DNA of 38,057 bases from Guillardia theta CCMP2712 (lineage: Eukaryota; Protista; Cryptophyta). The stretch spans positions 57,978 to 96,034 of the forward strand of contig NW_005434560.1 of assembly GCF_000315625.1 (NCBI RefSeq), in the 5' to 3' direction. This document shows positions 9,665 through 17,544 of the stretch, piece by piece. The position numbers and the translations under genes were made by a program. Under the pieces are notes generated by a model that had not been told where the DNA came from, did no database searches, and worked only from the letters and a program-made list of their open reading frames with translations. How positions within the stretch are numbered: position 1 is the stretch's first letter; every line of letters begins with the position of its first letter.

Positions 9665-10743
9665 CCCCTGGCAGCCCCCCCGCCAGAACCGCTTATATCC
9701 ACCCTGGAGAGATAGAGCTCCAGCAGTCGCACGGGGCGGGGGTCCCAGAACACGGTCACCGAGTCTCCATCCCCCCTAAGGAGCCAGACCCTCCCCGGGG
9801 CGTGGAGCCAGCACCACTTCTCTTCCAAGATCCGGCGAAAGTCCACAGCCTCATGATAGAGAGGCAGTTCAGGGTACAGCTGCTGCAACACAGGAATCCA
9901 GTCTAAAGCAGTCCGGCCCTCCTCCTCGAAGTCCGCCAGGGACATGGGCGCGCGCCTCCTCTGGTATGTCGGCTTATGGAAGTATACGGCCTGGCTCACG
10001 GAATGGTACAGTCCGGAGAAGCGGTGCATGTACTGTAGGATTGCCCCGCAGTGGACGTCGTCGTGCATCGTCGCCCCGTGGTACGTGTCAGTCGCCGCCT
10101 CGAAGTGGAACCTTTGCAAGCTCAGCCCGTCCGACCCCGGGACGGAAGCGGGCACGGGCGTCTCCCGGGCAAGGAGCCAGAGGTACCGGAAGAGACAGAA
10201 GAAGGCGTCCAGAGCCTGGACCTTCGCGAGATCGGAAAGCCTGTGACCCTCCTTCCCCTCATGCTGAAGGACCTCTCGATCGTGCACGACGTCTACCCCG
10301 ATGACATCGCTCTCGTAGAAGCCATAGGCGGCGAAGAAGCCGAAGCGGGCGAGAAGCTTCCAGCACAGATCCCTTGCCCCAGGCAGGCACGACACCCGGG
10401 TCCAGTTGAGCTGCACGTTGTCCAGCGCGCCGCTCAGCTCCCGCCACCCCATCGAGTCCACCGGCTCCTCCGAGATCTCGAGCTCCTTGCAGCCCGGCAC
10501 CACGTCCTGCATCCTCCTCTCGTCCACCTCGAGCACCAGATGCGCCATCCTCGCCAGCACGCACCCTTGCACATGCATCCGGCTCAGAATGACCTGCGCC
10601 GTGCTCTTCTCCGTCGGGTCCGTCCTCGTCAGCCACTCCTCCATCATCTCCCCGACGTCCACCCCCTCTGGTATCTTCCCTCCCTCCGCCCTCGGGTCCA
10701 GTGCCCTCTCCACCTCCGCGTTCAACACCGCCCATCGCTCCAT
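9661..10743 (-). CDS. Hypothetical protein (360 aa)
   Basis: First ATG 10743, CATAAAT box 10777-10783, globular aromatic-rich composition. Confidence 0.85.
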   Translation of the reverse strand: MERWAVLNAEVERALDPRAEGGKIPEGVDVGEMMEEWLTRTDPTEKSTAQVILSRMHVQGCVLARMAHLVLEVDERRMQDVVPGCKELEISEEPVDSMGWRELSGALDNVQLNWTRVSCLPGARDLCWKLLARFGFFAAYGFYESDVIGVDVVHDREVLQHEGKEGHRLSDLAKVQALDAFFCLFRYLWLLARETPVPASVPGSDGLSLQRFHFEAATDTYHGATMHDDVHCGAILQYMHRFSGLYHSVSQAVYFHKPTYQRRRAPMSLADFEEEGRTALDWIPVLQQLYPELPLYHEAVDFRRILEEKWCWLHAPGRVWLLRGDGDSVTVFWDPRPVRLLELYLSRVDISGSGGGAARG

Positions 10744-10830
10744 TCGCTTTCCTACCACACTCTCACGTTCACTCTCATTTATGGAAAACCAAGTGAGCAG
10801 AATAGATGTTTATTTTTGCTTCATTAGCTC

Positions 10831-11883
10831 TCAACCGAAAAATTCCCTTGCGCAGGGGAAAGCGTACCGCTGTCTGGTGTCCTTGATAGTGCTCAAACTG
10901 AGGTCTTTGTCACGCCGATGATACCCGTGATACATCACCCAGGGTGCGTACACTTTCAGTATGCCCCTTCTGGCGACGTAGCCGGACAACCAGATATCAT
11001 CGTTATAGAAACACCCCCGGGGAAGTGTATCCAGGTATGTCCAGACGTCCTCCCCGAAGTTCCTGACGCGGTGGGCCACGGCGGTCCAGCCGACCAGCCA
11101 GCCGTTGCAGACCCGCGGGGTGGTCGCGAACGTGTTGTACAGGGAGTAGGTCGTGAACGCCTTGAAGTTGCTGTGGTGATTGTTCCACATCTCGCAACCG
11201 AAGGAGAGCGCCATGCCCTCGCGATCGATGCGGGTGGCGAGCCATTCAACCGTGTTCCTGTTGTACGCTATGTCGTCGTCGAATGTGATGATGACGGTCT
11301 CCGGGTCGTGCTCCAGCAGCAAGGCGCCGAGGACCTTGGTCCCGGGACCCCAGTCCTTGTCGAGGAACTGGACCGTGATCTCGGGGGACTCGAACACGTC
11401 GTGCTTGGTCTCGTTGAAGCTCGCGGTGGAGTAGTTCTTGAACCAGCTCAACACGCTCTCTATGCTCTCGTTGTAATCCGCGACGTTGATGTCACAGTCC
11501 GAGAGGGTGCATATGGTCTTTTCTTTCTTCCTGTATGTCTTCGGGATGGTGATGATCACCCGGTCTGGCTTCTGCGACTGCGAAAAGACGCTATCCAGGC
11601 AGGGTGCCATGTGGAAGATCCGCTCGCTGAACGTGGTGATGCTCACCACCGTGCGCGGGGGCTCGTGCAAGGCGAGGGCGACCTGCGCTGCGGAGATTAG
11701 CGCAATGCTCTCGCCGAACTGCAGCAGCGTGAACTGGACAGTGATCATCATGAGGGTGCAGATGATCAGCCCCATGCGGACCGACGATGCACAGCTATCC
11801 GATGCTGTACAGAGCTGGCGTTTTTCCTCCGGCTGGCTCGCCTGTTCCTCCAGGAGCTTCTGTGTCTCATCCGACGACTGCAT
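10831..11883 (-). CDS. Type II membrane glycosyltransferase, GT-A fold (GT2/GT64-like)
   Basis: N-terminal TM, then VVSITTFSERI, DWGPGTKVLG, IITFDDDIAY (DxD) and NDDIWLSG motifs. TATAAAA ~50 nt upstream of ATG 11883. Confidence 0.85.
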   Translation of the reverse strand: MQSSDETQKLLEEQASQPEEKRQLCTASDSCASSVRMGLIICTLMMITVQFTLLQFGESIALISAAQVALALHEPPRTVVSITTFSERIFHMAPCLDSVFSQSQKPDRVIITIPKTYRKKEKTICTLSDCDINVADYNESIESVLSWFKNYSTASFNETKHDVFESPEITVQFLDKDWGPGTKVLGALLLEHDPETVIITFDDDIAYNRNTVEWLATRIDREGMALSFGCEMWNNHHSNFKAFTTYSLYNTFATTPRVCNGWLVGWTAVAHRVRNFGEDVWTYLDTLPRGCFYNDDIWLSGYVARRGILKVYAPWVMYHGYHRRDKDLSLSTIKDTRQRYAFPCAREFFG

Positions 11884-11991
11884 AGAGCGTGGATGACAAT
11901 GTGAATATGATCTGTTCTCTAACCTGGCGTTTTTATAAACCCTTGACAAAAAAAAGACAAAAAAGGATTAAAAAAAACACAACAGAAAAAT

Positions 11992-12418
11992 AAAACTCAT
12001 CGCCCTCATACCCGACCCAGGGTCCCCAGGGAAAGGCCCCCCCTTGGCCAGATTTCTGAAAACCGTTAAACCGTTAAACCGTTAAAAGTCAACGGTCTTT
12101 AAAACCTTTAAAGAAGGTTCGCCGGACAGTATACATATAGTATGTATATAGTATATAGTATGTATGTATATGTATGTATGTATATTGTATGTATATACAT
12201 ACTCTCTTAATCAACAACCCGATGCCAACTTCACAGGTGGAACGATCACTCATGATATGCGAACCTTATTTAAAATGATTGAAGGAGAAGGATTGCCGGA
12301 CTATGGTTGAAGCTTTTAACGGTTTAACGGTTTAACGGTTTAACGGTTTTCAGAAATCTTGGCCAAGGGGGGGCCTTTCCCTGGGGACCCAGGGTCGGGT
12401 ATGAGGGCGATGAGTTTT
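11992..12418. repeat. Long inverted repeat (arms 11992-12088 and 12313-12418) with (AAACCGTT)3/4 iterons around an AT-rich core
   Basis: Arms are reverse complements except one mismatch, one extra base and one extra octamer; 224-nt spacer. Confidence 0.95.
12129..12202. repeat. AT-rich (TA/TATG)n tract
   Basis: gtatacatatagtatgtatatagtatatagtatgtatgtata...; ends in the 16-bp palindrome GTATGTATATACATAC (12187-12202). Confidence 0.9.
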
Positions 12419-12490
12419 TTTATCACCTGTTTTTTTTTGCCGCGGCAAGCATGGCGAGCGCCGCCATGCAGGCACCGATGCTATGTACAG

Positions 12491-12847
12491 ATGCCACCGC
12501 GGCAGAAGGAGGAGTGGAAGCCCAGCGACGACCTTCTCGATGTGTGGTACAAGAACTGGATGCCAGAGCCCATTGTGTGCTGGAGCTGTGGGCACTTCCT
12601 TGGGGAGAAGTGCCACTACAAGGGCGGGAGGAACGTTCCCTGCCGCCACGGAGGGGAGAGCGGGACGAGCCGAAGGAACCCGTTCCAGTGCAACGGTTTC
12701 GCCTCCCAGGAAGAGCCGGCTCCTGTCCGGCGGAACCATACCCCCCTCCCGAACTACTTCGCCCTCGTGGATGGGCACGTGATGTACGTAGAGGTCAATG
12801 GGGAGGAGAAAGTATTCGTGCCGCTGAATGAGACACACGTGGCATAG
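12491..12847 (+). CDS. Small Cys/His-containing protein, possible Zn-binding (118 aa)
   Basis: In-frame ATG at 12491 (track start lies inside the inverted repeat). CWSCGH...CH...CRH...C. AATAAA at 12881. Confidence 0.7.
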   Translation: MPPRQKEEWKPSDDLLDVWYKNWMPEPIVCWSCGHFLGEKCHYKGGRNVPCRHGGESGTSRRNPFQCNGFASQEEPAPVRRNHTPLPNYFALVDGHVMYVEVNGEEKVFVPLNETHVA

Positions 12848-12937
12848 GCAGTGTGAAAGCTTATCTTGCTCTCTCCCGCAAATAAAAGGATGCATCCTTC
12901 ATGAAGGGAACGACGCAGTGGGGCACGACACTGCCGC

Positions 12938-13624
12938 ATGAGCCAGAGGCCCAAGAGAAGGTGTGTGGAGGACGCCATGAACCGCGTCCGGGAGGTTCTC
13001 GAGTGGGAGCAGCTGGATGAGCGCAGCGCGCAGTTCCGCTCCGTCGCACAAGCGCTGGAGGCGGAGTTCGAGCGGGAGAGGCTCATGCGGAGGACTTGTC
13101 CGGAGATTCTACAAGAGGATACCAGGGAAAATAGCAACGACGACGATGAGGATGAGGGGGAGGAAGACAGCGGCGCCAGCGAGGTGAGCTTCGACTCGGA
13201 CTGGTACCCCGGGAAGAAGGGGGGTGGTTTCTTCCGGTATGACGAGGATGGTGAGAGCGAAGCAGAGGACGAAAGTGAATCAGAAGAAGCCGATGATATT
13301 ATCATCATTTCGGATGAGCTTGCAGACGACATCAAAACGGAAGAAATCAGCGATGTCGATACAGACATCCTTAGTGATACCGATACGGAAAACCTCAGCG
13401 ACACCGAGACGGTCGTTGACTGCAACACTACAGAAATCACACATCCTTTCTCTCATGAAGGCTCCATTGCATCCTCGAACGGTCCCGCAGAGAGGCAGGC
13501 ACTCGAGGCCGATGGGGACAGCTTCTTGTCCTCGCTGGGAGTAACAGGGAACGCCACCGCCTGCGAGGATGGCGGCCCGCTCGAAGTGATGAGCAGGTCG
13601 TGCTTGGAAGCGCCCGAGCCGTGA
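12938..13624 (+). CDS. Acidic, largely disordered protein with N-terminal basic NLS-like motif (228 aa)
   Basis: RPKRR, helical N-terminus, long D/E/S tracts, IIIISDE. Confidence 0.8.
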   Translation: MSQRPKRRCVEDAMNRVREVLEWEQLDERSAQFRSVAQALEAEFERERLMRRTCPEILQEDTRENSNDDDEDEGEEDSGASEVSFDSDWYPGKKGGGFFRYDEDGESEAEDESESEEADDIIIISDELADDIKTEEISDVDTDILSDTDTENLSDTETVVDCNTTEITHPFSHEGSIASSNGPAERQALEADGDSFLSSLGVTGNATACEDGGPLEVMSRSCLEAPEP

Positions 13625-13785
13625 GACAGCAGGGCACAGCCCCCGGCGCTGAAGATAGGCGGGTCTCTCTGGAATTCTTCCGCGTCAGGGACGACGAGCC
13701 TCAGTGTCTGGTAGCACACCATCAGCGCTACTGAGCCCATGACGGCAAGCACCATCGGGGCGACGTAGGCCAGGACAGGGATCAT
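13453..13785 (-). CDS. Possible small membrane protein (110 aa)
   Basis: Hydrophobic N-terminus, A-rich leader; fills the gap 13625-13785 but overlaps the end of 12938..13624. Confidence 0.4.
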   Translation of the reverse strand: MIPVLAYVAPMVLAVMGSVALMVCYQTLRLVVPDAEEFQRDPPIFSAGGCALLSHGSGASKHDLLITSSGPPSSQAVAFPVTPSEDKKLSPSASSACLSAGPFEDAMEPS

Positions 13786-13848
13786 TCTTCCTACTGTTTC
13801 TTTTTTTTTATTAAAATTGAGAGTGTGTTTCTTATACTTCCGCGTGTT

Positions 13849-14658
13849 TCAGACATGCCTTGCCATGCCTTTCCCTCCCATCACAGGCTTCCCCGTGGGA
13901 ATATCCTGGTCCTTCACGACGTACTCCACTATGTGTGCGTACTGCTTTGGGCATAGTTTCACGTACGCGTGCGCCGCGGTGAAATCGGTGTAGATGACGA
14001 TGTTGTTGAGTGAGATGAGGAGGTAGACGATATACTCGAGTATAATCACGTTGCTCATACAGGGGTCTGCCATGTTGTTGAAGGCGATGTAGACGATCCC
14101 AAAGGCGGCGAAGAAGACAATGCAGAGGCAGGTCAACGCCGCGGTGGCGTAGGCGGTGAATTTCGATATGCTCCCATACTCGAATACCGACAGGCTGTAG
14201 TTGAGCTGCGCCCAGATGTAGGTCAATGCCAGGACCCCTGCCCCAAGGAGGTGCACGTCTCCGTGGTCAGAAATGTTGTCGTAGAGCACAACTGCGATGG
14301 TGCTTGCGTAGCCGAGGAGGGCCAGCCATGTGACCACCCCGCGGTTCAGGAGGAGGTGGTTGCGGCTGCTGATGATGCCGAGCACTACCCAGGACAAAAT
14401 GCCGCTGATGACCATGAGGCTCGCCGTGCCCTTGTCCACCGCGAGCTTGTCGCTGATGTAGAAGAGCGACTGGCAGTACGGGGCGTCGAAGTTCCGGATC
14501 CCCCCCTTGCTGAACATGAGGTAGAAGAAGACGCTGTACTGCATGACAAAGGCCGCCGCCGCCAGCTGTGTCAAGACGAGCAGCTCCCCGAAGGCCACCT
14601 CTGTCCAGAGCCTCCGGAGGTTCTTCTTGGTGACCACCGCCTCGTACTTCATCTTCAT
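13849..14658 (-). CDS. Six-TM protein, Frag1/DRAM/Sfk1 (TMEM150)-like
   Basis: ~6 hydrophobic helices with family-like motifs YISD after TM1, VHLLGA at TM4 and LEY in TM6. TATAAAA 14678-14684. Confidence 0.6.
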   Translation of the reverse strand: MKMKYEAVVTKKNLRRLWTEVAFGELLVLTQLAAAAFVMQYSVFFYLMFSKGGIRNFDAPYCQSLFYISDKLAVDKGTASLMVISGILSWVVLGIISSRNHLLLNRGVVTWLALLGYASTIAVVLYDNISDHGDVHLLGAGVLALTYIWAQLNYSLSVFEYGSISKFTAYATAALTCLCIVFFAAFGIVYIAFNNMADPCMSNVIILEYIVYLLISLNNIVIYTDFTAAHAYVKLCPKQYAHIVEYVVKDQDIPTGKPVMGGKGMARHV

Positions 14659-14688
14659 GCCTTCCTTGCAATACCTGTTTTATATCCT

Positions 14689-17544
14689 TCACTTGTAACG
14701 ACAACACACGAGGGCCATGCCGACGAAGCCAACGAGGCAGGCAAACCCCGCCGCCGCGAGCCCCGTCGCTTCCCGGCTGTAGCCCATCACGTGGGGGCGG
14801 TAGGTGTCGTTGAAGGGGTTCTGGATCAGCACGCGGCGGGTGTTGAGCACGATGTCGAGGTAGTCGGCGTAGACCATGCAGGTGAAGCGCTGCTGGATGG
14901 GGTCCTGCACCGCGATCCTCCCCGGTGTGCATATCCACGTGCAGCCGGAGGTCCAGATGGCGTACTGCGGAGGGATGGCGTTGGTGCAGGGCTCGCAGAG
15001 GAGCTGCGGGCTGAGGTACTGCCCCGGGGGGCACGAGGAGGGCGGCGTCTGGAGCGGTGCCGGGGTTGGGATGATGTCGCTGGCGCGGGTGACGCAGGCC
15101 AGCCCCCCCGTGGCGTTCCTCCCGAGCACCGTCCCCACCGCGCACCTCCAGGTGCAGGAGTAGGGCTGGTAGGGTTCACCAGAGGTAAGGTACAGGACGC
15201 TGTGGTTCTGCTCGAGGCCGTTGCGGCACAGGGAGCATCCTTCATAGGAATTGCTGGCCTTGCAGTCGTCGAAGTAGGTACCCACCCCGCACACCCTCCT
15301 AGGGTCGCAGAAGCCGCAGTAACTTGCGTTGTGCCTGACATAGTCTGGTATGCATTCCACGATGCACTCCGCTAGGAATCTGGCGTGCTGGGGGAGCGGG
15401 TTCAGGCACCGGTCGCAGACGCGGTCCGCATAGTCGGAGCAAGGGGCGGCGGTGAAGTATCCAGGGTCACAGGATACCGAACAGGGCCTGCAAGAAGCGT
15501 CTGAGGTGGGAGTGCAGGTCTGGATGTAGTTGGAAGAGAGGTTGCATGAGAGAGAGGCTTCGGGGGTGCAGGCTGTGCAATTGGTGAGCGCTGAAGGTGA
15601 CCAGTACGAGGTGGAGCACTGGTTGGGGCAGGAGTCCGAATCTTCGAAGAGACCCTCCGCGGTATACTCCCTGTGGGGGTCTGCCAAGGAAGTACAGGGG
15701 AGGCAGGTGGCTTGCAGGTGGCATCCGGACTGGTACTCACCTGGAAGGCAAGCCTTCCCAGGGCAGTAGATGCAGTTCTGTGGCTTCGAGGCAGTGGGGC
15801 TCTTGACGTAATTTACATCGCAAACGTAGGAGCAGCCCGCAGTGTAGGCACCGTTTGATAAAGCCGTTTCCATGCAGGGGTTGCAGACGGTTAGGTTGAA
15901 GCGCCTCTCTGAAAACGTCCTATTGTCTGCCCTTGTTTTAGCCTCCCAGAACGGCAGCGTAAAGGCCACCTCGGAAGTTGCCGGGTAGTACCCCGCGTCG
16001 CACACGACTGGGCAATCCTCATCCATCCCGGTGGCATACCCCGTGTATCTCCCGTGCTGCAGCCCCACGCAGGCGACGGCCAGCGCGTTCTGGACTTGCG
16101 TGCACGATAGTGTACGATGTGGGGTGGAGTTTCGCAGCTCCCATCCCGCGAATGGAAGGGTACGGCACGGCAGGCAGTTGGGCTCCCGGCGGTAGGAGCC
16201 CTGCGCGCACTGCGTGATGCAGTTATCCGAGTCGAAGGGTATACCGGGCGTGATGAACTCTTCAAACGTTTCGTAAGCTGCGATCGTAGACCTTTTGGTT
16301 GTGCACTCTTGACAGGGAGCTCCGACGACTGCCTGACACTCCGCCCGGTGCTGGCCCACGGTGCAGGACGACGTGGGGCATGCCAGGCACGCGCTGGAGT
16401 TGGCCGCGTAGTACCCTTGGAAGCACTCGTACTCGCACACATTGGGGAGCCAGCTGGCGAAGGCGGGAAGGGCCTCCGCGCAGGTCACGCATATCGGGGT
16501 CCCGTCCGGGTTGCAGCCTTGGAAGGCCGAGCCGGGAAGGCAGGTGGTGTTGCAGCGCACGCAGCGGTCGTTTGTGAAGAAGTATTCACTGAAGAGGCAG
16601 CGGTAGGAGCACGCCATCGGGTGGAGGGTGAGGTGCAGGCTTCCTGTCCCTAGGCCGGGTGGGCCTTCCGTGACGAGGGGGTACTTCGCTGTCCCCCGCC
16701 AGCTCAGGTACACCGGGAGCGTGCAGATGTGCCGGAGCGACACGCTGCTAGAGAGGTCCTTGGTGCAGATCGGGACCTTCTCGTCATTGACCTCCATCCA
16801 CACGGAGAGGCTGCCGGCTATAGCCGCATGGGTGAAGACGAGGTGGAACTGCCGGACCCCGAAGGGGAGGGTGGCGGGGAGTGTGCCTTCGCCGTAGATT
16901 TCCTGGAGGTTGGCCTCGTGCGGGAAATTGAGCTGTGCACCGGAACACAGTTCGATGCCGTCTGCTGTATTGCAGGTGGGGGCGCCGTACAGGAAGTTGG
17001 GGACCACGCTGAACTCGTCGAGGTAGAGGTCCGTCCAGACGATGGGGGTGAAACCCACCGATAGCACCGCGGAAGATGAGTAGTAATCGAAGCCGGTGAG
17101 GATGGCGATGTCCCATATTGCCTGCGATTGAAGGGTGATAGTCAGGGAATTACCGAGTGTGATCCGTGCTTCTGCGTTCTGCGTCGTCTTGTAGTGGAAA
17201 GACACGACCCAACCATTGATCTTTCCATCTGCGGAAGACAGGTCTAATGCGCCTATCCTCAGCGTCTTTGTACCTGCGAATAGCTTTAAGAAGAGGACCG
17301 TGTCGCCCATTTGGTTGTTGTTCTGCGGTATGGCGTACGCGACCGCGTCCGTCTCCCACTGCGGGGTGCCCGGTTGGACGAAGCGGTTCTCCAAGGGTAG
17401 GAGCTGGAGGTTGTCCTGCCAAGTCAGGTCCCCGTCCCAGTAGCAGCGGGTGGGGAAGAGGAACACCTGCGGATCTGCGAGCGAGTTGTAAGAGGCACTC
17501 CCGAACCCGTTGATCTGCCCGACAACTTGGTTCCCCTGACGCAC
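14689..17544 (-). CDS. C-terminal half of giant Cys-rich type I membrane protein (TNFR/furin/GCC-like repeats, C-terminal TM)
   Basis: Many CxxC..C repeats, TM GLAAAGFACLVGFVGMALV. No ATG or signal peptide at start; overlaps 17424..20186 in the -1 frame. Confidence 0.8.
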   Translation of the reverse strand: MRQGNQVVGQINGFGSASYNSLADPQVFLFPTRCYWDGDLTWQDNLQLLPLENRFVQPGTPQWETDAVAYAIPQNNNQMGDTVLFLKLFAGTKTLRIGALDLSSADGKINGWVVSFHYKTTQNAEARITLGNSLTITLQSQAIWDIAILTGFDYYSSSAVLSVGFTPIVWTDLYLDEFSVVPNFLYGAPTCNTADGIELCSGAQLNFPHEANLQEIYGEGTLPATLPFGVRQFHLVFTHAAIAGSLSVWMEVNDEKVPICTKDLSSSVSLRHICTLPVYLSWRGTAKYPLVTEGPPGLGTGSLHLTLHPMACSYRCLFSEYFFTNDRCVRCNTTCLPGSAFQGCNPDGTPICVTCAEALPAFASWLPNVCEYECFQGYYAANSSACLACPTSSCTVGQHRAECQAVVGAPCQECTTKRSTIAAYETFEEFITPGIPFDSDNCITQCAQGSYRREPNCLPCRTLPFAGWELRNSTPHRTLSCTQVQNALAVACVGLQHGRYTGYATGMDEDCPVVCDAGYYPATSEVAFTLPFWEAKTRADNRTFSERRFNLTVCNPCMETALSNGAYTAGCSYVCDVNYVKSPTASKPQNCIYCPGKACLPGEYQSGCHLQATCLPCTSLADPHREYTAEGLFEDSDSCPNQCSTSYWSPSALTNCTACTPEASLSCNLSSNYIQTCTPTSDASCRPCSVSCDPGYFTAAPCSDYADRVCDRCLNPLPQHARFLAECIVECIPDYVRHNASYCGFCDPRRVCGVGTYFDDCKASNSYEGCSLCRNGLEQNHSVLYLTSGEPYQPYSCTWRCAVGTVLGRNATGGLACVTRASDIIPTPAPLQTPPSSCPPGQYLSPQLLCEPCTNAIPPQYAIWTSGCTWICTPGRIAVQDPIQQRFTCMVYADYLDIVLNTRRVLIQNPFNDTYRPHVMGYSREATGLAAAGFACLVGFVGMALVCCRYK

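Noticed and set aside
12058-12350. (AAACCGTT)n as telomeric repeat or CRISPR array
   Set aside because: Only 3-4 units, no spacers, internal position, and not a telomere unit I recognise.
14251-15375. Long antisense/alternate-frame ORFs (e.g. 14251..15375, 3628..4524, 10051..10827, 23083..23886, 28244..29281, 35421..36461)
   Set aside because: Shadow ORFs caused by high GC3 in real genes on the other strand or frame; unnatural composition.
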